In this document: positions 1-13,049 of the stretch, piece by piece
Layout: every line of letters begins with the position of its first letter
How positions within the stretch are numbered: position 1 is the stretch's first letter
From: Mobula hypostoma
Taxonomy: Eukaryota
Length of the DNA: 64,000 nucleotides
Assembly: GCF_963921235.1 (NCBI RefSeq)
Contig: NC_086101.1
Span: forward strand, 7,690,001 to 7,754,000
Reading direction: 5' to 3'
Notes under the pieces: model-generated
The model's database searches: none
Told to the model about the DNA's origin: nothing
What the model saw: the letters and a program-made list of their open reading frames with translations, nothing else
Position numbers and translations under genes: made by a program

Positions 1-655
1 AAAATCAAATCGAGGATCAAAAGTTCTACTTCTAATTTTTTCCAAGCTAAGATATGACATTACTTGAGAAAACCATTGAATTAACGTAGGGATAGAGGTA
101 TCTTTCCATTTCAATAAAATATCCCTTCTTGCCAACAATGTGACAAATGCAGTTACACGTTGGTCTGAAGATGAAATACCCTAAATGTTATGCGGAACTA
201 TTCCAAATAAGGCAGTCAATGTATTAGGTTGTAAATTAATTTTCAGGGCTTTAGAAATTAAAGATTTCCAAAAAGATTTTAATGAAGAACATGACTAGAA
301 CACATGTGACAAAGTGGCTACTTCAGTTTTACACCTATCACAATAATTGTCTATGTTAGGAAATATTTTAGATAATCGCTCCTTTGTTAAATAATAACAG
401 TGAACAATTTTAAATTGAATTAAACAGCGATTGGCACATATCGAAGAAGAATTAATCATTTTCAAAACTGGCAACCAATCTTCATTAACAAAGGTCATAT
501 TAAGTTCTCTCTCCCAATCTTGTTTAATCTTTAGTGAGAAGTTATCTTTTTGTAGTAAAAATAAATTATAAATTCTACCAATGGAACCTCTTGAGCATTT
601 CATAACTTTATTCCTGAAAAGTGTGTTGCCTTGTTGGATAACGTCCAACTGCTCC
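1..655 (-). mobile_element. L1/Tx1-clade LINE, ORF2 C-terminal fragment
   Basis: ORF 295-648: ...IQFKIVH.YYLTKERLSKIFPNIDNYCDRCKTEVATLSHVF, the typical C-terminal Cys/His zinc-knuckle region. Confidence 0.75.
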
Positions 656-659
656 TTAC

Positions 660-968
660 CACATCAATTCCTTCCTGTAAGGACAATTAAGGTGAAAGGA
701 GTTCAGTTCGAAAGCCATGTGAGGGGCGTTTGTTTTACACGGAGAGTGGTGGAATGCACTGCCTGGGATGGGGTAGAGGCAGGTACACCAGAAACTTCTA
801 AAAGACACTTAGGTCAGCACAGGAATGTCAGAAAGATGGACGGATATTGACATTGTGTAGGCAGAAGGGATTAGTTTAGTTGGCCATTTGATTACTAATT
901 TATTTGGTCCAGCACAACGTTATGGGCTGAATGACCTGTCCTTGTGCTGTTCTGTTCCATGTTCTAAC
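660..968 (+). mobile_element. CR1 LINE 3' end fragment
   Basis: FTRRVV..W-like terminus and a ...gtgctgttctgttccatgttcta tail like other CR1 copies in the window. Confidence 0.7.
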
Positions 969-974
969 ATGTCA

Positions 975-1370
975 TCTCCAACGTACGCTGCCGTCAGGGT
1001 GGAGTGGTGGGGCAGGGATGGTCACCCACCTCTTTGCAGGCTGTGCATGTGTGAAGCGGATCTGGAAGTGGATGCAAGTCCCCGTGTCACAGTTCATCCC
1101 TGCCTGCTGCCCCACAGAGGACTCTCCGATCTATGCACTGACACACAGGGACGGACGTCCAGTGCTGCCGGCAGATCATCAACTCAGTGACAGGTACCTT
1201 CGGGCTGCCCGAAACTTGCTGGTCTGCCAGCACTGCCAGATGTCCGCAGGAGGGTGTGCTGAACGACAGACTGGATCTCGGTGCGGCCAGTACAAAGACT
1301 CAGCAGGGAAGGATCCCAGTCAGGGCTCCTTCTGCCACTGCAGGTGGAGGGGCCTCTCACCCTCTGGAGA
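975..1370 (+). mobile_element. Degenerate Tx1-like LINE ORF2 C-terminus
   Basis: VTHLFAGC..VKRIWKWMQ...SQFIP...ARNLLVCQ resembles Tx1-clade C-terminal domains. Frameshifted. Confidence 0.55.
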
Positions 1371-2052
1371 TTAAAGGATGTAATTATTAGCTTTATTGCC
1401 CACCCTACAACAACGCGTACAGTGAAACGCACCGTTTGCATCAAATCAAATCAGAGAAGGTTGTGTGGGCCAAGTGTTGCCACACGTCTGGTGCCCACAT
1501 AGCACGCCCACAACCCCAACCTGTACATCTTTGGAGTGTGGGAAGGAACCGGGGAGCCAAGCAGAACAGAGAGAACATACAGACTCCTTTCACTCAGAGG
1601 TGGGAGTCGAAACTCAACCTCCCGTTACAGTAAAGGAACGTGCTACCCGCTACACTGCTGTGCTGCCCTGAAAGAGTGTACTACCCCAGGAGGGCCACAC
1701 GAGTCACAATGGTGCTATGGTTTTTAAATGAAGATAACACTACAACATTGACCACGAATCGAAAGTTTTGAACTGTTTCTTCTTTTGTATCGATATATTT
1801 TTATTATGAATTAAATTTTGTTTTGAAATATAAGAAAATACTAATGCATTTTCCTTCAGGTTTCAATCAAACCGGCACTCCAATGGAGTAGATGGGCCGA
1901 GGGGCCTGTTTCTGTGTTGCACTTCTCTACAGTTCAACCCGAGAAGTTTCTGGAATACGCCTTCATGCAATTACGATGACCAGGCCGGTTAATAACCACA
2001 GATCTCTTTCCCCAGGTGACACACACACAAAGTACTGGAGGAAATCAAAAGA

Positions 2053-2850
2053 AGGCGGAGCTTAGCGGGGTTAATGCCGTCTAATAGCGCCTCCTTTGCT
2101 TGCTCTATTTCTACCTTTAATATCTTTGTTTTTCCCTTTCAGGGTCCTTTTGAAGACCCTGACCTGGAGTTACACACTGACTATGGTTCTTTGCGGGAAT
2201 GGGACCCGCTCACGGGTTTCCATAACTGGCTGTTGATCTGCATGCCAAGGGCTTGGCCTAAGAGTCCAGCTTGAATTCTGAAGCCGAGGATGTCAGGGCT
2301 CTGGAGAAGGGCAGATCGAGGGCTGGTATCACAACAGGAGACCCGTGTGTCGTCAGGGGAATCGGGATATCTGCTGTGTGCCTGGAGACCCGGGATCTTT
2401 GTGATCTTCAGGCACAGAGCTTGAAAAGAAGCAACATAACGGACTTTTAACATCGTAAACCAGTGAGTTCTTTGTTATGTCTCCCTGCCCGCTGGGAAAA
2501 TGGTGACACCTCTTTCTCCATTATTAGGGAGAGAGAGAACCTGCGGTATGTCGAATACCGGGTGAAACGCAAAGTCTTTGGGGTAACTGCAAGCTTGTGT
2601 CTTTGCTATTGCTTTGCTCACGCTTGAGTGCTTAGTGGTGGAGCTGATGCTGGCTTATTTTTTGCTGGTGGGGGGAGGGGGGATTGTTGCTCACTGCCGC
2701 TTCCGCGCTGGGGGGCGGGCTTTCGGGTTCTAACATTTGACTTTTCATTCTTTGGGGCACTCCTCTGTTTTTGTGGATGGTTGCAAAGAAAATGCATTTC
2801 AAGATGTATATTGTATACATTTCTCTGACATTAAATGTACCTTGGAACCC
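2053..2850 (+). repeat. Unclassified non-autonomous interspersed repeat inserted into a Penelope-derived element
   Basis: Ends in a LINE-like tail (gtatacatttctctgacattaaatgtacc). It splits acacacaaagtactggaggaa (2020-2043) from tcagcaggtcaggcag (from 2857); equivalent segments are contiguous in other copies such as 16731-16770. Confidence 0.5.
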
Positions 2851-3377
2851 TCATAATCAGCAGGTCAGGCAGAGTCTATGAAGGGGAGTAGACCATTGAG
2901 ATACTTCATCAGGACTGGAAAGGAAGAGGGAAGAAGCCAGATATATATGTACAATATCTGAAATACATCTTATGGAAGTGTTTGTTTGATGATGAACTTC
3001 AATAAGAAATAAATTACAAAAAAAAGATACATGGGGAGGGGTAGTATACAAGCTGCAGGTGACAGGTGAGACCAGGTGAGGGGGAAGGTGGTGGGTGGCA
3101 GAGAGGGGATGAAGCAAGAAGCTGGAATCGGATAAGTAGAAACAGAGTTGAATGAATTTTTTTTCTTGTGAATGTTGTGTCTGTCATCCGAGGTGACTGT
3201 GATACTGGAGTATGTTTTCCAGTGTTCCTTCTGCAAATGACAATACACTTGACTTTGGAAAATTGTGTTTTGAAAGTTTCTTTAGAAACCCCAACAATTA
3301 CAAGGCGCACAGATGAAGCCATGTCAGCTTGCGACAAAGGCACAGCCCTATGGCAGGCTTTGCCAACGGCTCCTTAC

Positions 3378-3478
3378 CGCTTCCTGCTTATGCCGAAAGT
3401 CCTTCTCCCTCTCCAAACGGTACTGTTCGATCTCACCCTGTGCCTCTTCTTTCGCCTGCCTCAGCCTCCGGGCCTTTC
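3378..3478 (-). CDS. ATP6V1G2: V-type proton ATPase subunit G (G2-like), coding exon 2
   Basis: (R)KARRLRQAKEEAQGEIEQYRLEREKDFRHKQEA. Acceptor ctaatttcag, donor GCG|gtaagg, 101 nt, phase matches exon 1. KARR and KQ resemble mammalian G2 (G1 has KNRR and KE). Confidence 0.85.
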
Positions 3479-4039
3479 CTGAAATTAGAATCAAGGCTGG
3501 TCATTTGCTTGAGCTCATCAATAGGAATTAAGTGAGCCCTATCGAACGGATTGGGAGGATGGGGCCAATTGATCACACGGTGAATTGACTGTGTGGGAGA
3601 GGCATTCTTGTTCTGGGCGGGTTTTTACGTTTATACATCTTTCATCTTGCCAGGCCCATTCATTGCTCCTACATTGTAAGTTGCCCAGTGCATACGTGAA
3701 CCCACGAAAAGCATCCGACCCTGGTGGGGTACCTGGCCAAGTACTAAAGACCTGTGCTGGTCAAAGGGGGTAACTTCACTTGCCCCGTCATTGAACTGTC
3801 CGCAACCAATGGACTCACTTTCAAGGACTCTTTATCTTATGTTCTTTATATTTATTTATTAATTATTATTATTTCTTCTTTTGTACTTGCACAGTTTGTT
3901 GTTTTCAGCACTCTGGTTGAACGCCCGATCTTTCACTGATTCTGTTATAGTTTTTCTTTATGGATTTATTGAGTCTTCTGACAAGAAAATGGACCTCAGA
4001 GTCATATATGTACTTTATAAAAACTTACTTTGAAGTTTT

Positions 4040-4580
4040 GAACATTTAGAACACAGAACATTAAACAGCACGGCACAGGCCCTCCGACCCACAACGTTGT
4101 TCCAAACCTTTAGCCATTTCCAAGGTGAGTCTCACCCTCCTCTTCCACATAGCCCTCCATTTTTCTTTCATCCATGTTCTCTTAAATGTTCTTAATGAAT
4201 CTGCCTCTCCCCCACCACCCTGGCAGGATGTTCCACACACTCACCACTCTTTTGCATACGAAAACCTACCTCAAGCATCCCCAGTAAAATTATGTCCTCT
4301 CGTACGAGTCACTGCTGTCACGGCAAAAAGGCACTGCTGACCACTCTACCTGCGTCTCTTGTCAACTTGTACGCCTCTATCAAGTCATCTCATATCCTCT
4401 TCACTCCAAAGAAAAAAGCCTGAACTTGCTCAACCTATCCTCATAAAACCTGCTCCGTAATCCAGGCGGCATCCTGGTAAATCTTCTCTGAACCCTCTCT
4501 GAAGCTTCTAAATCATTCCTGTAATGAGGCAACCAGAACTGAACACAATATTCCAAGTCTGGTCCAACCAGGGTTTTATT
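4040..4580 (-). mobile_element. CR1 LINE 3' fragment
   Basis: Reverse complement encodes decayed RP.LEYCVQFWLPHYR. Tail acagaacat..acagcacggcacaggcc. Confidence 0.75.
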
Positions 4581-4729
4581 TACTTAGTAGCCACTTGGTT
4601 TGGTATCTGCTTTAGATAATGAAGTGGCTACTAAGTGTATGTTTGTGGCCTTCTGCTACTGCAGCCTATTCACTTCAAGGTTCAATGTGTTGAGCGTTCA
4701 CACATTGTAGCACATGGTTACTTCAGTTA

Positions 4730-5270
4730 CCAAACTGAATTGACTTTATTTCTTACTTCCTTCATATACATGAGGAGTAAAAATATTTACGTTACGTCTC
4801 CATCTGAATGTGCAATGTGCAATTTATAGTAATTTGTAATAAACAGTATGTACAACAGGACAGTCAATGTAACATAGAAATACAATTGTATCAGTGTGAA
4901 TTAATCAGTCTGATGGTCTGGTGGAAGAAGCTGTCCCGGAGCCTATTGGTCCTCGCTTTTATGCTGTGGTACTGCTTCCTGGATGGCAGCTGGAAGAGTT
5001 TGTGGTTGGGGTGACTCGGGTCCCCAATGATCCTCTGGGCCCTTTTTACGCACCTGTCTCTGTAAATGTCCTGAATAGTGGGAAGTTCACATCTACAGAT
5101 GTACTGGGCTGTCTACACCACTCTCTGCAGAGTACTGCGATTGAGGGAAGTACAGTTCCCATACCAGGCAGTGATGCAGCCAGTCAGGATGCTCTCAATT
5201 GTGCCCCTGTAGAAAGTCATTAGGATTTGGGAACTCATTCCAAACTTCTTCAACTGTTCCGATGTTTGGT
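4730..5270 (-). mobile_element. Rex1/Babar-type LINE 3' fragment
   Basis: LKKFGMSSQILMTFYRGTIESILTGCITAWYGNC...LQRVV (ORF 5113-5298). Confidence 0.8.
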
Positions 5271-5419
5271 CTGAACAGCAACTTAACCTCTTGACCATGT
5301 CTGCACGCTTTTATACAGAGTTGCTGCACCAGGAAGAGTGGTCACTGAGTGTATATGTATTCAAAATCAGAAATAAGGGATTTAGGTAGCAAATTAAAAA
5401 TATTAAAACTAGCAAATGT

Positions 5420-7809
5420 TAAGCCCGGTAAGGACCCCTTGGAGTGTGCCAATTACCATCCAATCTCCTTGATAAATGCTGACCTCAAGATATTTTCCGA
5501 AGTTTTAGCCAGAAGACTTGAGACAGTAGTTGGGAAAATAATTAGCCCAGATCAAACGGGCTTTATCAGGGGGCGTCTCGCATCTGATAATATTCTCCGG
5601 CTTTTATACATACTGAGTGCAACATATAAAATCCCGCCTGCCTGTGGCCTGCTATTTCTAGGTGCTGAAAAAGCATTCGATCGTCTTGACTGTCTATATC
5701 ATTGGAGAGATCTAAAAGAATTTAAGTTCGGCGATAAATTTATCAATATGATTCAAACATTGTATGCTAATCCTTCAGCCCGGGTATGCGTGGGAGAAGG
5801 TTTCTCAGAGTTATTTGACATAGGATGGGGCACACGACAAGGGGACCCTTTGGCTCCTTTAATTTTTACTATATCTATTGAACCGCTTGCATATTTAATT
5901 AGAAACTCTCCTCAGATCTCCCCTATTATAATAGGTACAACATCACATTCAATATCACTTTACATGGATGACACGCTAGTTTATATGGCAAATGTTCAAC
6001 AAACTCTCCCCTATGTTTTAAAAACACTAGAGCAATTTGGATTTCTTTCAGGACACAAAGTTAATTTGTCAAAACCAGCACTGATGCTGATTAATACAGA
6101 TAAAAGTAAGGTGTCTCTCCCTCCCCAGATTAAAGTTACAATTGAGGTCCTCTACTTGGGTATTAAAGTTAATACTTCCCTATCATCTGTGGCTAAAACA
6201 AATTACTCTTTTAATTTTGAAAAAAAATAGAAGATATTAATAGATGGAGACCCCTGCCAACATCAGTCCCAAGCCCATATATTGGTCATTAAAATGAACA
6301 TCTTACCCCGCATTAATTTTATCAGCTCAATGATCCCACTTGCACCTCCAGCAAGATATTGGCAAAAACTGGACTCCTTACTATGATGCTATGTTTGGAA
6401 TGGTAAACAACCTAATATAAAATGGTCAGCTCTACAATTCAAAAAGTCGGATGAGGGATTGGCATGTCCAAATTTTAAATTGTATCACTGGGCATTTGTA
6501 TCAAAAAGTCTTAGCTATTGGATGGAGGAGGATAAAGTTTCGTCCTGGAAAAATATAGAACAAGAGCTAATAGCACCAATAACGTTGAAGGACTTTCTCC
6601 TTATATGTATGTCTACCAAAAAATGTGATTTGTATTACGGTCCAATTTTAACCCATATGCTACAAGTGTTTAGAGCAGCAGAAAAATTCCTAAAATTTAA
6701 AAGTGTATGATGCAAATCATCTCCATTATGGAACAATAATCATCTTCTATCTGGGGGAAACCATTCATTAACAGAACTTGGGAGGATAAAGGTATTACTA
6801 CACTTCAAGATATTAATGGGGCAAGTACTATCCTTAGCTTTCAAGAACTGATATCTCGATATAATATTGATAAACACTATCTTCTACTTTCGAGTAAGAT
6901 CAGCTTGTAAAGCCTACGGCGTTCCCTGGGGGTCAGATTTAAAGGACCATCCTATTTTAAGTTGGATACAGAGTGCTCCAGGACAGATAGTGTCAAATAT
7001 CTATGATAAATTAAACTCCCAGAATTATCTGCCCACATCGGGATTGACAAATCTGAATTGGGACAAGATTTAGACTGGGATGCGATTTGGGATAATGCTG
7101 CTGGTGCTTCGAAAAACCCTAATCATCGGGATATACACTTGAAATTTTGTCATAGAGCATATTTAACACAGAGAATTAGACATCAAATGGGACTGGTTCC
7201 TGACCCTTATTGTTCATTTTGCCCCCATGGAGCCATTGGCACTTTTATACATGTTGTATGGGAATGTCCAGGGGTTTTTGGTTTGTGGGGGAAGATTATC
7301 AGTACTCTTACGGAACTAACGGGGGTACAATTACCAATGGACCCTGCTGTACATCTTCTAAAAGATGACTCCCACCTTTCCCTTATGGAAAAAACACGCC
7401 AAGTCTGGCTGGCAGGCCTGGCTGCAGCTATGAAGATTGTAGTCCAGCGTTGGAAACCTCCCCATGATATTTCAAATACTCACTGGCTTCAGAGCTTTTT
7501 GGACCCTTTCTTACCTGGAACTTTCATCAGCAAGAGCAAATGATGCACAACCAAACACAATCTTAATGTGGACAAATTTGATATCTAACCTAAAAGATCT
7601 TTTGTTAAAATGGGAATGCTTTGTCTGTGTATGCACTACTATTCAGTTGGTTGATGGAGGGGAGAGGGATGGGGGGAGAGAGGGGTGGAGGGGGGGGATG
7701 GTGATGAAGGTTGGGGAGTGGCTGGGTTAAACAGTCAAAACGTAATTGGCAACTGGTTGTATTGAATGTAATTTGTTGGTGTTGCGATAAAAATCAGTAA
7801 TAAAAAAAG
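5420..7809 (+). mobile_element. 5'-truncated L1-clade LINE (RT and C-terminal domain), decayed
   Basis: RT motifs YHPISLIN, AEKAFD, GTRQGDPL and YMDD; CSFC..H..W.C knuckle; AATAAA/A-tail at about 7799. 13-bp TSD AACTAGCAAATGT at 5407-5419 and 7810-7822. Confidence 0.92.
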
Positions 7810-8051
7810 AACTAGCAAATGTAATATTAGAAACACAGCAGACTCTTTCGCATTCACCACCCACTGTCTTATCTGGTGTCCGACATCTCCAGAAGAGCAA
7901 ATCTCTTAACCCTTTTTTTTGCTTGGAAGGTGACACTGAAATGTATCAACAAGGGAACCGATGGCATTAGTTCTTAGGGCCCATATCTGTCCACAACAGA
8001 TGTTTGCACACTAATAGTTAATTTGGACTGGTTTGCAACCAGATAGTTAAT

Positions 8052-9477
8052 CGTCATCAGCGATCAGTCATAGTCGAGTACGAATCTCCTCCAGGTGGTT
8101 GGTCTGGTGACTTGTGGGTCTTTAGATGATCCAGTTTCCCAGTCTCACCTTACGTTGAAGCGTTTAGTCCCAGCGGCACGGTGGAGGTATTCTTCGAGCT
8201 GTGCAGTTCCCTCAAAGACAGTCCTTCTCCAGCTTTCCCAGTCCTGTGGTAATTTCTCCCATCCATTCAGGAAGATTGGCACTTCCTCAGGTCAACCTTG
8301 ATATTGTCCTTGAACTGCTCTTTCTGCCCTCCAGGAGTGCACTTTGCATCCTTGAGTTGGCCGAACAGGAGTTGTTTCGGGAGGCGGGAGTCAGGTATAC
8401 AGATGATGTGGCTGACCCATTACAATTGGTGTTGAATCATGATTGTGGCTGTGGAGTTAATGTTTAGCTTCCTCCAGGATGCTGGAGTTAGTATGCCCGT
8501 TGTTTCAGCTAACTCTCAGAATCTTTCAGAGGCATCTTTGATGGTAAATTTCTAGGGATGTTATGTGCCTGCTGTATGTTGTCCATGATTCCTCTCCACA
8601 TAGCAAGGAAGGGAGGACTATAGTTTTATAGACCAGGAGCTTAGTGTTGGTGTTGATATCCTGATCTTCAAAAACCCTCTTTCTCAGCCTGGCAAAAGCT
8701 CCACTCATACAGCCTATTCTGCTATTTATTTCAAGGTCAATATTGGCTTTTGAAGAAAAAAGGCTGCCAAGATATGGGGAATGATCAGAGTTCTCCAGAG
8801 GGATTTTGTCAGCTTGGACGGCTGGAGATTTAAAAGCTTGATCTGGAGCAGGTTGGTGCAGGACTTGGGTTTTCTTGATGTTTAGATCAAGTCTCAGGGG
8901 CTTGTACGCTCTGGCAAAAGCACCCATGATGCACTGCAGATCCTCTTCAGTGTGAGCTACCTGGCGTTGTCGTCTGCATATCGGCACTCCATGATGGAAG
9001 TAGTTGACACCTTGCTCTTTGCCTTGAGCCTGTATATAGAGAATCTGGACTCCTTGTGGGAGGTCTTGGCCTGTGAGATGAAGAATGGCTGCGATGAGAA
9101 TGGCAAACAGAGTTGGGGCAATGATGCACCCTGTTTGACCCCGGCCTCAACCTTAAAAGGTGCTGTTTTAGAGCCGCCGGTTGCTGATGACTGTTGCACT
9201 CGTATCATTGTGCAAGAGCTGCAGGACCTTGAGGTATTTCTCCAGGCACCCGATTTTGGACAGTACCTGCCAGAGGGCCGGACGATTTACCGAGTCAAAT
9301 GCTTTTGTAAGGTCTATGAAGGCCACATAAAGTGGGAGATTTTGTTCCCGGGCTTTCTCCTGCAATTGACGCGCTGTAAAAATCATGTCAGATGTTCCTC
9401 TGGTTGGAAGGAAACCACAGTGAGACTCACGCAGGAAATCTTCTGCCAGAGCAGGAAGCCAGCCACATACCCTGCAC
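8052..9477 (-). mobile_element. RTE-clade LINE, 5'-truncated and decayed
   Basis: ESHCGF...DMIFTARQLQEK.REQN.PLYVAFIDLTKAFDSVNR, GVKQG, YADD and AFARLRKRVF, spread over frameshifted ORFs. Confidence 0.9.
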
Positions 9478-9880
9478 CCTGATAGATAATACAGACTGGT
9501 TTTCACACCTGATAGTTAATATAGACTGGTTTATACCCTGATAGTTGATCGAGACTGGTTTGATACCGGCAGTTAATGTAGACTGGTTTGCACACCTGAC
9601 TGTTAATACACACTGATAGTTCATATAGACTGGTGTGATATTGACAGTTAATACACACTAGTTTGCACATTGATAATTAATACAGGCTGGTTTGTGCACC
9701 TGATAGCTAATACAGGCTGGTTTGCACACCTGATCGTTAATGCAGGCTGGTTTGCACATTGATAGTTACTACAGACCAGTTTGCACACTGACAATTAATA
9801 GAGACTGGTTTGCACACCAGACAGTTAATACACACTGGTTTGCACACTGATAGTTAAAACAAACTGGTTTGCACCCCGAT
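9478..9880. repeat. 29-30 bp minisatellite, consensus TGATAGTTAATACAGACTGGTTTGCACAC(C), about 14 degenerate units
   Basis: Periodicity is directly visible. About 1.5 further units sit at 8001-8051 on the other side of the RTE. Confidence 0.9.
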
Positions 9881-9904
9881 CAATGAATCATATTAGGTTT
9901 TATT

Positions 9905-10480
9905 CCATAAGACATGGGAGCTAAATTAGGCCACTCGGCCCATCGAGTCTGCTCTGTCATTCCATCATGGCTAATTTATTTTCCCTCTCAACCCCATTCT
10001 CCTGCTTTCTCCCTGTAACCATCGATGCCCTTATAATCGGCGACCTATTAATCCCCGCTTTAAACAGACCCAAATGCCTTGCATACACAACCGTTTGTGG
10101 TAATGAATGCCACAGATACATCCCCCTCTGGCGAACGAAATTCCTCTTCATCTCAGTTCTAAAGGGAATTCCTTCTATTCTGAGGCTGTGCCCTCTGGTC
10201 CTAGACTTCCCCCATCATAGGGGGCATCCTCTCCACAGCCACTTTATCTATAGGTTTCCACGAGATTTTCCACCAACAACCCCCCCCCCCGCCCCCACTC
10301 ATTCTTCTAAGCTCCAGTGGCCCGGGACCCTCAAACGCTTCTCATACATTAATCCTTTTATTCCCAGGAATCATTCTCCCTTATCCCTCTCCAATGTCAG
10401 CACATCCTTTCTGAGCTATGCTCACAATACTCCAAATGCGGCCTAACCAATGACTCATAAAGCCTCTGCATCACGACCTT
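9905..10480 (-). mobile_element. CR1 LINE 3' fragment
   Basis: MKRNFVRQRGMYLWHSLPQ (decayed FFSQRVVNLWNSLPQ) plus CR1 tail. Confidence 0.8.
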
Positions 10481-10718
10481 ACATTAGGTGCGCAGACCTC
10501 GATTCGCCCTGATTATTCCATGTGGAAAATTCATTGTTACGTTTGATTTTTTTTTGTTAATTCATCTGCCCTGTGCCACGGGCACGAAACAAGGCTTTTG
10601 CTGTCTGGTGAGATAATATATGGTTGAAGAATACCAACTAAAGCAAAAGGCAGAGATGCCATTTTCATAATGACCGTCTATTTCACAGCGCCAGCCAGAA
10701 TAATTACAAAAAGCTTAC

Positions 10719-10800
10719 GTTTCCTAGCCTCGGCAACTTTCTCCGCGGCTCGTTTTTCGGCATGAAGGAGTTGCTGTATTCCTTGCGACTGACTGGCCAT
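10719..10800 (-). CDS. ATP6V1G2: V-type proton ATPase subunit G (G2-like), coding exon 1
   Basis: [27 protein letters not shown](R). ATG in aaaATGG context, donor C|gtaagc, 82 nt as in vertebrate ATP6V1G genes. The family is certain; the paralog call (G2 vs G1) rests on exon 2 residues and NEU1 linkage. Confidence 0.85.
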
Positions 10801-11040
10801 TTTATTTTTCTCTCAGAATCCCTTCTTCCCCTCCGGATCAGGTACCAGCCGGTGCAGAAAGACCAGGATTCCTCCTGGTCCTAGCGCGCAACGGATTGTG
10901 TCAGCCAGCTGCTGTTGCCCATTACAGTCAGGCCGTGAAATTTACGTTTTTTTTTGCAAATAGTAATAGCACTTATGTCACAGGTATAATGGATGTGCCA
11001 ATATAAATTTGTATTCCTTCGACAGTAAACGTCGGGTTTG
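10801..11040 (-). promoter_or_regulatory. Putative 5' UTR and proximal promoter of the ATP6V1G gene
   Basis: Non-repetitive, locally CpG-retaining stretch (e.g. ctagcgcgcaacgg) directly upstream of the ATG. The TSS cannot be placed from sequence alone. Confidence 0.5.
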
Positions 11041-11380
11041 CAGAGCAATGGGATCTGGTGATAGATGGGAACAAACTGGGGAAGACCAAAGCAGGAGCGA
11101 GAGCAGGGTGTTCAGGAGTGACGTCAGGAAATGCATATTAATACCGTTTGTGTTAGGAGTCTAAAGCATTTCCACAAAATTTTATCAGGCTAAAAGCCCA
11201 CGATAAGGTTTCAAAGTTCAAAGTTGATATATACATCATCATATACAACCCTGAGATTCATTTTCTTATGAGCATTCTTAGTAAATACAAAGAAACGCTA
11301 TAGAATTAATGAAAAGACTACACACAATAAGACGTACCAGTAACCAATGCGCAAAAGAGAACAACTGCAAATACAGAAAA

Positions 11381-12160
11381 GGCTCAACACCAGTAAGATG
11401 AAAGAGCTGATTGTGGACTTCAGGAAGGGTAAAACGAAGGAGCACATACCAATCCTCAGAGGGATCAGAAGTGGAGAGAGTGAGCGGCTTCAGGTTCCTG
11501 GGTGTTACGATCTCTGAGGATCTAACCTGCTCCCAACATATCGATGTAGTTATAGAGAAGGCAAGACAGCTGCTATACTTTATTAGGAGCTTGAAGAGAT
11601 TTGGCAATCAACAAATACACTCAAAAACTTCCATAGTTGTACCATGGAGAGCATTCTGACAGGCTGCATCACTGTCTGGTATGGAGAGGCTACTGCACAG
11701 GACCGAAAGAAGCTGCAGAGGGTTGTAAATCTAGTCAGCTTCATTTTGGGCCCTAGCCCACAAAGTACCCAGGACATCTTTAGGGAGCGGTATCTCAGAA
11801 AGGCAGCGTCCGTTATTAAAGACCTCCAGCACCCAGGGCATGCCCTTTTCTCACTGTTACCATCAGGCAGCAGGTACAGAAGCCTGAAGGCACAGACTCA
11901 GCGATTCAGGAACAGCTTCTTCCCCTCTGCCGTCCGATTCCTGAATGGACATTGAAGCTTTGGACTTTTTAAAATATACAGTATTTCTGTTTTGCACATT
12001 TTAAATAATATATTCAATATATATAATTTATTTACTTGTTTAGTTATTATATTTTATTTTTATTTATTATTATCTCTCTCTGTTATGTATTGCATTGAAC
12101 TGCTGCTGCTAAGTTAACAAATTTCAAGTCACATGCCAGTGATAATAAATCTGATTCTGA
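11381..12160 (+). mobile_element. Rex1/Babar LINE 3' part, nested in an older minus-strand Rex-like element (about 11210-11380 and 12161-12600)
   Basis: FRFLGVTISEDL...KARQ.LYFIRSLKRFG; ESILTGCITVWYG...RFRNSFFPSAVRFLN. Tail gataataaatctgattctga. AGAAAA on both sides. Confidence 0.85.
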
Positions 12161-13049
12161 AGAAAATAAAAATAAAAACAAAAACACAAAATAATAAGAA
12201 TAATAAATAATAAGCAATAAAGATCAAGAACATGTGATGAAGACTCCTTGAAAGTGAATCCATCGGTTGTGGAAACGATTCAGTGATGGGAGTGAGTGAA
12301 GTTGCGTGAAGCTATATCCTCTGGTTCAGGAGCCCGATGGCTGAGGTGTAATAACTGTGCCTGAACCTGGTGATGTGCGTCCTGATGCTCCTGTACCACC
12401 CTCCTGATGGCAGCAGGAAGAAGAGAGCATGGCCTGGATGGTGGGGGTCTTTAATGATGGATGTTGCTCTCCTGCAACAGCATTCCATGTAGATATTCTC
12501 AATGGTGGGTAACCTGTGATGTATCCACTACTTTTCCATTCAAGAGCATTGGTGTTTCCATACCAGTCAATATACTCTCCACCACGCATATATAGAAATC
12601 ACACTAGCGTCTCTAATAGAAATCAAAGTTTGTAGAATCAGTGGATGAGCCAGACTACAAATCACTTATGATCAAAATGAGTGGTAGAACAAGCTGGAGG
12701 TCTGTCTTGATGAAGACAAGACCCAATGTTTGCAAATCTACAAGTCTGCTAGAGACGACAGACGGTCTGTCCTGGGGTGAGAGGGCGATGTACGTGTATG
12801 GGTGGCAGGGAGGAATGAGGCTTGATTTGCTGCTGTTGTTTTGTTGCTTGTTGTGATCTGTGCTGTTCGGCTGAACATTGTGGACATGCTTGGCTGCCCC
12901 CAGCACATCATTAAGTTGTTTTGGTTGTTAACACATTTCCCTGTATGTTTCAATGTACAGGTGATAAACAAATGAACCTGAATGGCTTGCTTTCCTGAGT
13001 CACAAGGACGTACTGTACGGAAATAGGCTCTTATTGACTATTACTTATC

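Noticed and set aside
1..3377. ATP6V1G exon 3
   Set aside because: No A(L/M)GS...VCD..P..H.NYR-like sequence was found on the minus strand. It probably lies before position 1.
9478..9880. CRISPR-like array of ~30-bp repeats
   Set aside because: Units are contiguous with no unique spacers, the context is a eukaryotic intron, and there are no cas genes. It is a minisatellite.
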